Origin: an uncultured Acidobacteriota bacterium
GTDB lineage: Bacteria > Acidobacteriota > Vicinamibacteria > Vicinamibacterales > UBA8438
DNA: 64,000 bases
NCBI GenBank assembly: GCA_913043225.1
Contig: CAJWLU010000003.1
Span: 1 to 64,000 of the forward strand
Direction: 5' to 3'
Shown piece by piece: positions 49,029 through 58,500 of the stretch. Position numbers and translations under genes: made by a program. Position 1 is the first letter of the stretch. The number at the start of each line of letters is the position of its first letter. The notes beneath the pieces were generated by a model. The model ran no database searches, was not told where the DNA came from, and was given only the letters and a program-made list of their open reading frames with translations.

Positions 49029-50900
49029 GTGACACGTGCGCACACCAATCCTGGCGGCCTGTTCATCGCCGTATTGTCGTGGCTCTGGCTCGCTGGGTGT
49101 GGCTCGCCAGGCCCTGGCGATACGGTCGGGGACGACGCGGCTCCTCCAACGGCTGCCGTCAGCGGCGACTGGCCCATGTATCGCTACGATCTCGCGGCGA
49201 CCGGGTATTCGCCGCTTGGCGAGATCACCGTAGCGAACGTGTCCACGCTGACCGAGGCCTGGACCCATTCGCTGACGCCCGTTGATCCGGAGGCACGCGG
49301 ACCGAACTCGCAGATGACGCCGATCGTGGTCGACGGGGTCCTCTATGGGACCGCGGCCGACCGGGTGGTGGCGCTTGATCCCGCCACGGGCGCCGAGTTG
49401 TGGAGACACGCGGTGGACGGGGCTCGTCCCTCGCGTCGCGGGGTTTCGTACTGGCCAGGTGGTGCCGGCCTCAAGCCTCGCATCATCTTTACCACGGGGC
49501 TCCATCTACGCGCCGTCGATGCCGCCACGGGCACTCCCGTCGAGGCGTTCGGCGCCGCCGGGCTGGTCGAGCTTGGCGTGCCCTACAACTCGGTGCCGAT
49601 GGTGGCGGGCAACGTCGTCGTGGTTGGAGCCAACACCCCACCAGGGAGCATTGGTGGCATCGGGAATGCCCGGGCCTACGACGCTCGAACCGGGGAGAGG
49701 TTGTGGGAGTTCTCTTCGGTCGCACAGCCAGGCGAGCCTGGTCACGATACGTGGGAGGGAGATAGCTGGCAGGACCGGTTGGGCGCGAACGCCTGGCCGT
49801 TCTACTTTTCGATGGACGAGGAGCGGGGGCTGGTCTATCTCCCGCTGGCATCGCCGATTCCTGGTGACTATGGCGGCGACCGGTCCGGCGACAATCTCTA
49901 CGGCAACTCGGTGGTGGCAGTCGACGCCGAGACCGGCGCGTATCGTTGGCACTTCCAGACCATCAGACACGATCTTTGGGACGCCGACCCGCCGGCGCCG
50001 CCCGCGCTGTTCGACATCGGTGAGGTCCCAGCTCTAGGCGTGACCACCAAGTCGGGCTACCTGTACATCCTCAACCGGGAAACTGGCGAACCGATCTACG
50101 GGGTCGAGGACATCGACGTGGCCCCGAGTGATGTTCCAGGCGAGGAGACCGCGGACACCCAGCCGGTGCCGCTGCGGCCCACCGGCCTGTCGCGATTGAC
50201 CTACGACTCGGCGGACCTCGTCACCGCGGAGATGACATCGGCCGAGCACGCGGCGGCCTGTGGGGAACTGGTGGGTTCGCTTGGTGAGATCTTCAACGCC
50301 GGACCGTTCACGCCCTGGGTCTATCGGGCCCCGGGTTCGCCGCTTCGCACGACGCTGTCGTTCCCGGGGCAGGTAGGCGGCGCTAACTGGGGCGGTGTGA
50401 CCGTGGACCGCGAGACCGGCTATCTCCTCGTGACGACCCAGGACATGGGCGCGCTCGGCTTCGTCGAGGACGCGCCAGACGATCACCCGTTGGCCTATCG
50501 TCGCGGAACGATGCGACCCGGGAGCTTCACCGTTCGACTCGATGACACCACGCTGCCGTGCCAGGCGCCACCCTGGGGACGATTGACCGCGGTGGACGCG
50601 GCGACCGGCGACATCGCCTGGCAGGAGACGCTGGGGGTGACCGACTCGTTGCCGGACGGGAAGCAGGCGACAGGGCGGCTGATACGCGCCGGGGCCATCA
50701 CGACCGCCGGCGGACTCGCGTTCGTGGCCGGTACCGACGACAACCGGCTGCGCGCCTTCGAGACCGCGACCGGGCGTGAGGTGTGGACCGAGCGGTTGTC
50801 CGGGTTCGGCAACGCCAATCCGATGACGTATGCCGTCGACGGGAAGCAGTACGTGGCGGTGGCGGCGAACGATACACTCGTTGCCTACGCGCTGCCCTGA
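49029..50900 (+). CDS. PQQ-dependent glucose/quinate dehydrogenase-like lipoprotein
   Basis: GGGAGG RBS, GTG 49029, lipobox [31 protein letters not shown]. Confidence 0.85.
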   Translation: MTRAHTNPGGLFIAVLSWLWLAGCGSPGPGDTVGDDAAPPTAAVSGDWPMYRYDLAATGYSPLGEITVANVSTLTEAWTHSLTPVDPEARGPNSQMTPIVVDGVLYGTAADRVVALDPATGAELWRHAVDGARPSRRGVSYWPGGAGLKPRIIFTTGLHLRAVDAATGTPVEAFGAAGLVELGVPYNSVPMVAGNVVVVGANTPPGSIGGIGNARAYDARTGERLWEFSSVAQPGEPGHDTWEGDSWQDRLGANAWPFYFSMDEERGLVYLPLASPIPGDYGGDRSGDNLYGNSVVAVDAETGAYRWHFQTIRHDLWDADPPAPPALFDIGEVPALGVTTKSGYLYILNRETGEPIYGVEDIDVAPSDVPGEETADTQPVPLRPTGLSRLTYDSADLVTAEMTSAEHAAACGELVGSLGEIFNAGPFTPWVYRAPGSPLRTTLSFPGQVGGANWGGVTVDRETGYLLVTTQDMGALGFVEDAPDDHPLAYRRGTMRPGSFTVRLDDTTLPCQAPPWGRLTAVDAATGDIAWQETLGVTDSLPDGKQATGRLIRAGAITTAGGLAFVAGTDDNRLRAFETATGREVWTERLSGFGNANPMTYAVDGKQYVAVAANDTLVAYALP

Positions 50901-52048
50901 GGATCCCGCTGGGCGATCACGCCGGCGTCGAGGAGCGCCCCGATCTCGTCCGGCGTGAGTCCCCAATCACCGAGGGTTTCACGCGTGTGATCGCCGGGCG
51001 CTGCCGGCGCCCCGCGGACGGCGCTCGGCGTCCGGCTGAAGCGAGGCGCGGCGTTCGGCTGCCAGTGACCGTCCCGCTGCACGAACGTCTCCCGTGCCTT
51101 AAGATGCGGGTGCTCGGGCGCCTCGGCCATGCTGAGCACCGGCGCGAAGCAGGCGTCGGTGCCTTCCAGTCGCTCCACCCACTCGTCCCGCGTGCGTGTC
51201 TTGATCCGGGCGGCCAGTCTTGCCTTGAGTTCCGGCCAGTCGTCGGACCGCGTCGACCGCGGCAGTTCGTCGGCGCTCACGCCCAGCAGGTCGAGCATCG
51301 TGTCGTAGAACCGCGGCTCGATCGGGGCGAGCGCGATGTGCTTGCCGTCGCTGGTCTCATACACATCGTAGAAATGGGCCCCGCCGTCAAGTGCGTTGTG
51401 CCGACGCTGGTCGTCCATCATGCCGGCGGCTCGGAACCCGTAGAGGCCGGTCATTAGCGACGCTGCGCCGTCGACCATCGCCGCGTCGACCACCTGCCCC
51501 TGGCCTGACGTACGGGCTTCCAGGAGCGCCGCGGTCACGCCCAGCGCCAGATAGAGCGCCCCGCCGCCGAAGTCGCCCACGAGGTTGAGGGGGGGGATCG
51601 GGCGGTCCTCGGTACCGATGGCGTGGAGGGCGCCCGTCAGTGCGATGTAGTTGAGATCGTGACCAGCCGCCGTGGCCAGGGGACCAGCCTGACCCCACCC
51701 GGTCACTCGACCGTAGACCAGTCGCTCGTTGACAGCGAGGCACTCCTCAGGGCCCAGGCCAAGACGCTCGGTGACACCAGGGCGAAATCCCTCGATCAGC
51801 GCATCGGCGTCCCGGCAGAGGCGCAGTACGAGTGCGCGACCGTCAGGATGTTTGAGATCGACCGCGGCCGACCGCCGGCTGCGATGGAGATAGGCGTGCT
51901 GGTTGGGTGTGCCGAGGCCCAGGCCGGACGGACTCAGCCGGTCCAGACGGAGCACGTCGGCCCCCAGCTCGGCCAGGAGCATGGCGGCCATCGGGCAGGG
52001 ACCGATACCAGCCAGCTCGATGACCCGGACGCCGTCGAGGGGGCCCAC
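50885..52048 (-). CDS. CaiB/BaiF family III CoA-transferase (alpha-methylacyl-CoA racemase-like)
   Basis: [46 protein letters not shown]. Confidence 0.92.
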   Translation of the reverse strand: MGPLDGVRVIELAGIGPCPMAAMLLAELGADVLRLDRLSPSGLGLGTPNQHAYLHRSRRSAAVDLKHPDGRALVLRLCRDADALIEGFRPGVTERLGLGPEECLAVNERLVYGRVTGWGQAGPLATAAGHDLNYIALTGALHAIGTEDRPIPPLNLVGDFGGGALYLALGVTAALLEARTSGQGQVVDAAMVDGAASLMTGLYGFRAAGMMDDQRRHNALDGGAHFYDVYETSDGKHIALAPIEPRFYDTMLDLLGVSADELPRSTRSDDWPELKARLAARIKTRTRDEWVERLEGTDACFAPVLSMAEAPEHPHLKARETFVQRDGHWQPNAAPRFSRTPSAVRGAPAAPGDHTRETLGDWGLTPDEIGALLDAGVIAQRDPQGSA

Positions 52049-52061
52049 GCGGACGTCCCGT

Positions 52062-52499
52062 CTAACGGCGCCTGGAGGGTGCCCGGTATTCCTCGTCGGT
52101 GACCGGGTCCATCCAGTTGACGCCGCCTTCGTAGACGGTGATCTGGAGCACGTGCTCGTCGTGGGCCGCGCCGTGCCAGTGTTCGATGTCTGGTCCGGTC
52201 CACCACGGTTCGCCCGGGAGCATCTCGTAGATCGGCTCGTCCCGGACCTGCGTCAATGCCCGGCCCTCTTCGACCATCAGCAGCTGGCCCCACTCGTGGG
52301 TGTGCCAGTTCGACCGAACCCCGGCGGGGAAGCGGAGTTTGATGGCGCCGAGGTTCTCATCGTCACCCCGGGTGGGGGCGCCGCCCATGAAGTTGCTCTG
52401 CCACGCGGAGATCGGTTCGCCGAGGGTGAGCACCGTGGTAACGGTTGCAACGGCCGCCGCGGCCAGAAGGAATCGAGGACGGGTGCGAAGTAGCTGCAT
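52062..52499 (-). CDS. Secreted cupin-domain protein
   Basis: [29 protein letters not shown]. Confidence 0.85.
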   Translation of the reverse strand: MQLLRTRPRFLLAAAAVATVTTVLTLGEPISAWQSNFMGGAPTRGDDENLGAIKLRFPAGVRSNWHTHEWGQLLMVEEGRALTQVRDEPIYEMLPGEPWWTGPDIEHWHGAAHDEHVLQITVYEGGVNWMDPVTDEEYRAPSRRR

Positions 52500-52658
52500 G
52501 GGCGGCAGTATACCGCCTGCACGCGGATGCGCCTGAAGGTCGGGTTGCTATCCCAGGCCGGCGCCGAACCGACACCCGGCCATCGGCGTTGACGCCTCCG
52601 TGTTGAACGGTCCACAATGCCGCTCGCCATTCGCGGTCCCACTAGCATCGTAAAATCC

Positions 52659-53669
52659 ATGAGTTCTCGCTTTTGCAGCGGTTGCAGACTTGTTGCCCTC
52701 GCGGTCGTACTGGTCGGTCCGTTTCCGAGCCCCACCGCACGCGCCCAATCTCCTGACCATCGGACAGTAGATTTGACCTACCACATTGAGGTCGCGCCGC
52801 CGCTCCATCCCGGCCCGGTTTCGGTCTGGATCCCGCTGCCAGTCGAGGATGCCCATCAATGGGTGATTTCGACAGAAGTCGAGTCCCCGGTCGACTACAC
52901 CGTAGGGACCGAGTCCGAGTACGGGAACCGCATGCTGCATCTGCGGGTCGAGACGCTTACCGAGCCATTGCCCGTGACGCTACGATTTAGGGTCCGGCGT
53001 CACGAAGTGCGCGCCGAGTTCGATGGGGCTTCGACCACTCTCGGGCCTCCGCTGGGGCGTTGGTTGGAACCTGACCGGCTCGTGCCGCTCGACCAGCGGA
53101 TCAGGACGATTGCGCTCGAGACCACCGATGGCGCTAGGACGCCGCTCGACCGTGCCCGGCGTGTCTATGACTACGTGGTCGATACGATGACCTACGACAA
53201 GAGCGGCACCGGGTGGGGGCGGGGCGACATCTACTGGGCGTGCGACGCACGTGCCGGTAATTGCACGGATTTCCACGCGCTGTTCATCGGTCTCAATCGG
53301 GCAGTCGGGATCCCGGCCACTTTCGAGATCGGGTTTCCACTGCCACCTGATCGGCGGGATGGTCAGATCGAGGGTTACCACTGTTGGGCGCAGTTCTTCC
53401 TCGACGGCGTCGGTTGGGTGCCGGTGGATACCTCAGAAGCCAATAAGTTTCCCGAACTCCACGAGTACTTTTTCGGCGCGCATGACGCACACCGTGTTCT
53501 GTTCACGAAGGGACGGGACGTCACGCTGGCACCACGGCAGCAGGGTCCTCCCTTGAACTACTTCATCTATCCTTACGTCGAAGTCGGGGGTCAGCCGTAT
53601 GATGGAGTGACGCATCGCGTCAGGTTCACCGACGTCCCAGATGATGCAGCGAAAGGAGATCCACGATGA
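52659..53669 (+). CDS. Transglutaminase-like protein
   Basis: GNCTDFH, GYHCWAQF, GWVPVD catalytic triad pattern. Confidence 0.88.
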   Translation: MSSRFCSGCRLVALAVVLVGPFPSPTARAQSPDHRTVDLTYHIEVAPPLHPGPVSVWIPLPVEDAHQWVISTEVESPVDYTVGTESEYGNRMLHLRVETLTEPLPVTLRFRVRRHEVRAEFDGASTTLGPPLGRWLEPDRLVPLDQRIRTIALETTDGARTPLDRARRVYDYVVDTMTYDKSGTGWGRGDIYWACDARAGNCTDFHALFIGLNRAVGIPATFEIGFPLPPDRRDGQIEGYHCWAQFFLDGVGWVPVDTSEANKFPELHEYFFGAHDAHRVLFTKGRDVTLAPRQQGPPLNYFIYPYVEVGGQPYDGVTHRVRFTDVPDDAAKGDPR

Positions 53670-54067
53670 TCCGGAATCTCGATTCCAGCACGGTACTTCT
53701 CGCGGCGGTCTCGCTAGCGGTCGTAATCGTCTTGGTGCCGGCGTCGGTCTTCGCGCAGAACGCCGAAGTAGCCGGCGCCTGGGTCCTGACCGTCGAGACC
53801 GACGTGGGCGGTACCACCAATCCGAGCATTACGTTGGAGCAGAATGGCTCGGCGTTGACGGGCCACTACTCGTCGGACACGCTGGGTGAGGCCGAGGTGA
53901 CAGGTACCGTCGAGGGCCAGGAGGTGAGCTTTTCGTTCGATGCCGAAGCGGGCGGCTATGCTCTCGAGGTGAGCTACACCGGGACCCTGCAGGACGACGG
54001 GACGTTGTCCGGTGCGATGGATCTGGGCGGGCTCGCCAGCGGAACCTTCGTCGGGAAGCGGCAGTAG
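53666..54067 (+). CDS. Secreted hypothetical small beta protein
   Basis: AAGGAG RBS, signal peptide, VAGAW.L pattern. Confidence 0.7.
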   Translation: MIRNLDSSTVLLAAVSLAVVIVLVPASVFAQNAEVAGAWVLTVETDVGGTTNPSITLEQNGSALTGHYSSDTLGEAEVTGTVEGQEVSFSFDAEAGGYALEVSYTGTLQDDGTLSGAMDLGGLASGTFVGKRQ

Positions 54068-54580
54068 CTAGCGGCCGAGCTTGTCGTCCGGCGGTACGCT
54101 GGCCGGCGGCTGCACGCCGTTGAGCCTCGCATACACCAGCATCTGCCCATAGTGGTTGAAGCTGTTGAAGCTGTGGTACGCGATTCCGGCGGCCACGGCT
54201 GACCGCGGCATAGCCCCGAACGCCGTCGGCACTGGGTCAGACGCGTTGCCCGCGTTCAGATCCGCCACGGCTCGGCGCGCGTAGGCCAGCGCCTCTCTCA
54301 AGTAGGACACGCTCGCCTCTTTCGTCTCGAGGCCGTCTGGGCCGTTGTTGTGGGTGCCTGGTCCGTGCGGCGACCTTTCCTCCCTGACTAGCGCGGCGGT
54401 CATATAGATCATGGTGGCCGTGTGCCTGACCTGTTCCCCGAAAGTACGTGCGTTGCGAAAGTGCTCTCCGGTAGGAACGAAGCCGTAGCGGTTCGCTGGC
54501 ATCGCTTCGGCCAGGGCAAGTACCTCGCGCTCCACTAGAGTGAGCTGATCGTCGAACATCGTGGTCACGATGCAGAGCAT
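54068..54580 (-). CDS. DinB-family protein (metal motif altered by a 9-bp duplication)
   Basis: LAEAMPA..YGFVPT, RTFGEQVRH, HYGQMLVYARLNG..PPAS. Confidence 0.8.
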   Translation of the reverse strand: MLCIVTTMFDDQLTLVEREVLALAEAMPANRYGFVPTGEHFRNARTFGEQVRHTATMIYMTAALVREERSPHGPGTHNNGPDGLETKEASVSYLREALAYARRAVADLNAGNASDPVPTAFGAMPRSAVAAGIAYHSFNSFNHYGQMLVYARLNGVQPPASVPPDDKLGR

Positions 54581-54640
54581 GCCATGAATGGCGTTGCCGT
54601 TTCCGGAACGAGTCTGGTCCTGCTGTTGGCTCGGTATGGC

Positions 54641-55066
54641 TCAGGGACCGAGGAGCGGTTCGTAGCTCAGTGGGTCGAGCGGGGTAGCCCCGGCGGGCAC
54701 CGAGTTTAGGCGGAGCAGGTAGGCCAGGACGTTCGTGTAGCTTTCACCGCGGGGACGCACTCCGGCGGGAGGCATGCCGTCGCGCATCCTGACAAACAGA
54801 TCACGAATACGGCGTTCGCCCCAGCGGTCTTCGAACCCTGGTCCGGATAACGCAGGTGCCCGACGAGGGAAGCCGTCGCTTGCCTCGTGACACTCCGCGC
54901 ATCTACGGTCGTACTCGAGACGGCCGGCGTCTGCCTGGGCGGCGGTGTAGGTAGACTGTGCGCCGATGGTGGCGGGGAGCGCGTTCCAGACCACCACTGT
55001 CAGACAGCATTTCACCATCAGCTTCAGCCCAAAACTTAGTTCGGGCGCTGTGGACTCTGGTGGCAT
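54641..55066 (-). CDS. Small monoheme cytochrome c
   Basis: YTAAQADAG, CAECH, APALSG, MPP axial Met; start uncertain. Confidence 0.8.
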   Translation of the reverse strand: MPPESTAPELSFGLKLMVKCCLTVVVWNALPATIGAQSTYTAAQADAGRLEYDRRCAECHEASDGFPRRAPALSGPGFEDRWGERRIRDLFVRMRDGMPPAGVRPRGESYTNVLAYLLRLNSVPAGATPLDPLSYEPLLGP

Positions 55067-55104
55067 GCTCGGACGCCGCCGCGGCGCTTCGCAGATAGCG
55101 AGGA

Positions 55105-55860
55105 TCACTGGTAGCGCCACGCGAGCAGGCGGCGTTCCAATCTGCTGGCCAGCGAGAATAGCGCGAGTACGCAGCCCATGATCACGATGATCAGGGCGAT
55201 GGTGAGGCTGGTGTTGTAGGTGCTCTGGGCGAACTGTAGGAGATAGCCGAGGCCACGGCTCGAGGCGACGAACTCGCCGACTACTGCGCCGGTGAAGGCG
55301 AAGCCCACGGCCACCTTGAAGTTGCCGAGCACCCAGGCGGTGACCGATGGGACGTAGACCTCGCGCACGAGCACCGACTGGCCGCCGCCGAGGGTGCGCA
55401 CCCGTTCCACCAGGCGTTGGTCGACCTCTCGTACGCCGTTGTATACGGCGAAGAAGATCAAGACCGCGACCAGGACCGTGGCCAGTGCCAGCTTCGATGC
55501 CAGCCCGATGCCGAGCCAGATCACGAAGAGCGGGGCGAGGATGACCCGCGGGATGGCGTTCAACAGGATCATCACCGGCTCTAGTAGCTCGGCGACGAAT
55601 GGGAAGAGCGCGGCGGCGAAGCCGAGGGCGATTCCCAGGAGCAACCCGATCAGCAGGCCGGCGAAGGCGGCCAACGCGGTCGCGCCCAGGTGGGGCCAGA
55701 TCTCACCCGTGGCAACCAGCTCGGCTAGCACCGCGGCCACCGTGGTCGGAGCGGGCAGATAGAACGGGTCGACCATGCCAGTGCGAGTTAGGGTCTCCCA
55801 CACCACGAGCAGCGTCAGGCCGGCCAGCGCGCGTCTGGCTCCCTTCGGGAGGCGCGTCAT
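55105..55860 (-). CDS. ABC transporter permease (NitT/TauT family)
   Basis: NAIPRVILAPLFVIWLG, GAVVGEFVASSRGLG; start ATG 55860. Confidence 0.9.
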   Translation of the reverse strand: MTRLPKGARRALAGLTLLVVWETLTRTGMVDPFYLPAPTTVAAVLAELVATGEIWPHLGATALAAFAGLLIGLLLGIALGFAAALFPFVAELLEPVMILLNAIPRVILAPLFVIWLGIGLASKLALATVLVAVLIFFAVYNGVREVDQRLVERVRTLGGGQSVLVREVYVPSVTAWVLGNFKVAVGFAFTGAVVGEFVASSRGLGYLLQFAQSTYNTSLTIALIIVIMGCVLALFSLASRLERRLLAWRYQ

Positions 55861-56624
55861 GATTCCTTCTGCTCGCTGTCGGGGGCGCCGGTGAGCGCTT
55901 GCCACAGCCCGTTGACTGCCGCTGGAAACTCCGGATGCTGACGGACCTGCAGTAGGTCGCGAGGGCGCGGCAGTGCGAGCTTCAGCGCCGCGACCACGTC
56001 GGCGCGGGGGCCTTGGCCTAGGACGTAGACTTCGTCTGAGACACTCACGGCCTCTTCCAGGTCGTGGGTGACCAGCATTACGGTCAGCCCGTCCTTCTCG
56101 ACCCAGGTCACCAGTTCCTGCGTTAGACGTGTCCGGACGATGGCGTCCAGCGACGCGAACGGCTCGTCCATCAGTAACAGCCGGGGCTCCAGCACCAGCA
56201 CCTGTGCCAGCGCGGCGCGTTTGCGCTGGCCGCCGGACAGCTGGGCCGGGTAGCGACTGCCGAGTCCGGTCAGACCGACCCGCTCCAGCCACGACGTGAC
56301 CCGCCGGTCGATGTCATCGGGCGGCAGGTTGCGGATGCGTAGCCCTAGTCCGACGTTCTGGGCGACGGTCCGCCACGGCAGCAGTGCATCGTCTTGAAAG
56401 AGGAAACCGACCTCGGTCGGGGCGGCGTCGCAGTCAATCGTGCCGCCCAGCGGCTCGAGGAGCGAGGTCACCGCACGCAGTACGCTGGTCTTGCCAGAGC
56501 CGGATGGTCCGACCAAGCTGACGAAGCGGCCGGTGCCCACCTCGAGGCTCACCCCGTCGAGCACCGGCTCTTCGCCGTAGCCGACCGACAGGTCCCGGAT
56601 GCGCAACATATCGTCGTGGGGCAC
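55857..56624 (-). CDS. ABC transporter ATPase (NitT/TauT family)
   Basis: GPSGSGKT, LSGGQRKR, LLMDEPF, VTHD. Confidence 0.93.
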   Translation of the reverse strand: MPHDDMLRIRDLSVGYGEEPVLDGVSLEVGTGRFVSLVGPSGSGKTSVLRAVTSLLEPLGGTIDCDAAPTEVGFLFQDDALLPWRTVAQNVGLGLRIRNLPPDDIDRRVTSWLERVGLTGLGSRYPAQLSGGQRKRAALAQVLVLEPRLLLMDEPFASLDAIVRTRLTQELVTWVEKDGLTVMLVTHDLEEAVSVSDEVYVLGQGPRADVVAALKLALPRPRDLLQVRQHPEFPAAVNGLWQALTGAPDSEQKES

Positions 56625-57707
56625 CTAACCGGACAGTGCGCCTGGATCGAGCAGCGAGTCGAGTTCGACATCGCCTGGAGTGAGGAGGCCGGCCACTTCC
56701 TGCGCGCGTTGCACGCGCGCCGCCGCCTCTCGGTCGATCGCCACCGACTCCGGATACAGCGACGTGCGATAGCGTTCGACGATCTCGCCGAGGTGGTCGA
56801 GATCGCCGCCGGCCACCAATGCACTTGGCAACGCGGAGAGTACGTCGGCGACCGGAAGCTGGCGGGTGTCCCGAAGACCCGCCGCGAGCGCCGCGGCCAG
56901 CCGCCGGATCTCGTCCAGCCGCTGATCCCGTTCATCCGCACGCACCGAGACACCCATGAACTCGTAGGCGCCGCCGACGTGACGTTCGGCTTCGGTCAGG
57001 TCCATGAAGTTGACCAGTTCGCGTCCTCCGGCCTCGATCACCAGCGAGAGCGCCGGCTCCTGCAGCATCCCGGCGTCGACCTGCCCCAGTCGGAGGGCGT
57101 CGAACAGGTTGGTGCCGATGGCGGCGATGTCTACCGCGCTTGGGTTCACCCCGTTACGGTCAAGGAGATAGAGCAGGAGGGCATGGTCGGCGTTGCCGAG
57201 GCCGGAGACCCCGACAGTGCGACCCGCGAGGTCGCTGACCGCGGTGATGGCCGTCGCCCGATCGGGGGCTACACCGAGCGCGAACAGTGGCAGCCGGCCG
57301 GTTGAGGCCACCCGCCTGATCGCGGCGCCGTTGGCCGCTGCCTGGAGGACGACATCGAACGAGGTGCCCGCATAGTCGACCGAACCTCCGACGAGTGCCT
57401 GCATCGCGGCGCTACCGCCGCGGGTGTAGACGAGCTCAGCAGCCAGTCCCCGGTCGGTGAAGTGACCACGGACCCGGGTGACCTCGTAGGGAATGACGCA
57501 CAGGAGCTGGCCGCAAAAGGCCAGTCGGACTGAGGTCGAGCCGTCGGACGGCGGGTCTGCACACCCGCTCACGGCGATGACACCGGCGGCGCCCAGCAGT
57601 CCTTTGAGGGCGGTACGGCGGTCCCAGGCCACGCCCACGTCCGGCCAGCGCCGGTCCGCAGCCACCGCGCCCCGAAGAACGGGGTTCGTGGCTTCGCAGC
57701 AGCCCAT
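56625..57707 (-). CDS. ABC substrate-binding protein (SsuA/NMT1-like), Tat lipoprotein
   Basis: DRRTALKG Tat-like motif, AVSGC lipobox, GGSAAMQALVGGSVD. Confidence 0.85.
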   Translation of the reverse strand: MGCCEATNPVLRGAVAADRRWPDVGVAWDRRTALKGLLGAAGVIAVSGCADPPSDGSTSVRLAFCGQLLCVIPYEVTRVRGHFTDRGLAAELVYTRGGSAAMQALVGGSVDYAGTSFDVVLQAAANGAAIRRVASTGRLPLFALGVAPDRATAITAVSDLAGRTVGVSGLGNADHALLLYLLDRNGVNPSAVDIAAIGTNLFDALRLGQVDAGMLQEPALSLVIEAGGRELVNFMDLTEAERHVGGAYEFMGVSVRADERDQRLDEIRRLAAALAAGLRDTRQLPVADVLSALPSALVAGGDLDHLGEIVERYRTSLYPESVAIDREAAARVQRAQEVAGLLTPGDVELDSLLDPGALSG

Positions 57708-57755
57708 GTCGTGGGTGGTCGGACGGGCCCAGGAATTGGGTCCGGCGAGCCTGTG

Positions 57756-58298
57756 CTAGCGGTTCACGTAGGCGTTTGCGAACTCCTTGAGGCGTTCGCT
57801 CCGCAGGCCAATCGTCTCGGCTTCGGTCATCGCGCGGTCCTGCGCCCAGCCGTCCTGCTGCACCCGCTTGATGAACCACATCGCACCGACGCGGTTGGCC
57901 GACGCGCAGTGGATGTAGGCCGGCTGGTTTGCCGGGTCGGCGATCGCGTTCAGGAACTGCTCGGTCGTTTCGTCGCTTGGTGCGCGGAACGGGATGTGTA
58001 TGTAGGTCAGGCCGGCCGCCGCGGCGGCGGCGCGGCTGCCGTCGATGTTGGCGCCTTCCTCCTCGGCCGTCCGGAAGTTGATCACCGAGGCGAAGCCCAT
58101 TTCCTTCAGTGCGGGCATTGCCGCGGACGGGGTCGCCCCCGCGCAGGCCACGGTGGCGTCGATGCGTGTGTAGTTGCGGACGCCTTCAGGGGCTTCGTCC
58201 TGCGCGTTGACGGCCCAGCCGGCCGCGACGATCAACACAAGAACACTGCTTGCCAACAGTGGGAGGCAAGCGGTCGTCAGGGGGCGTCGCATGGGCAT
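57756..58298 (-). CDS. Secreted DUF442/PTP-like (CX5R) phosphatase or sulfurtransferase
   Basis: SVINFR, YIHIP, IHCASANR. Confidence 0.8.
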   Translation of the reverse strand: MPMRRPLTTACLPLLASSVLVLIVAAGWAVNAQDEAPEGVRNYTRIDATVACAGATPSAAMPALKEMGFASVINFRTAEEEGANIDGSRAAAAAAGLTYIHIPFRAPSDETTEQFLNAIADPANQPAYIHCASANRVGAMWFIKRVQQDGWAQDRAMTEAETIGLRSERLKEFANAYVNR

Positions 58299-58500
58299 TT
58301 CTCCTCGGTCTAGCCGCTGGCTCGGTCGCCCGCGGGAAGCAACTGATCGTGCCACGATACCACGCCTGATTTCCCCTCCCGAGAGGTGTGCGAGGCCCCC
58401 CGAGCTGGCCGGTTTGGTCGCCGGCATGCGGTGGCGCGGTAGACCGGGCAGTTCGACGTTGCCCGCGAGCAGGTCCGGATAGTCGCGTTGTCAGCTCTTG

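Noticed and set aside
13640..50900. Lanthanide dependence of the other four PQQ proteins based on WDxD
   Set aside because: WDxD is also normal in glucose/quinate-type quinoproteins, so it is not diagnostic outside the alcohol dehydrogenase clade.
54581..54643. Read-through fusion of cytochrome c to DinB (TGA in frame, 20 open codons)
   Set aside because: A one-in-three frame coincidence in GC-rich DNA; both proteins look complete and no SECIS-like evidence was seen.
58339..58354. Sigma-54-like TGGCACGATCAGTTGC on the minus strand
   Set aside because: GG-to-GC spacing is 11 rather than the required 10.
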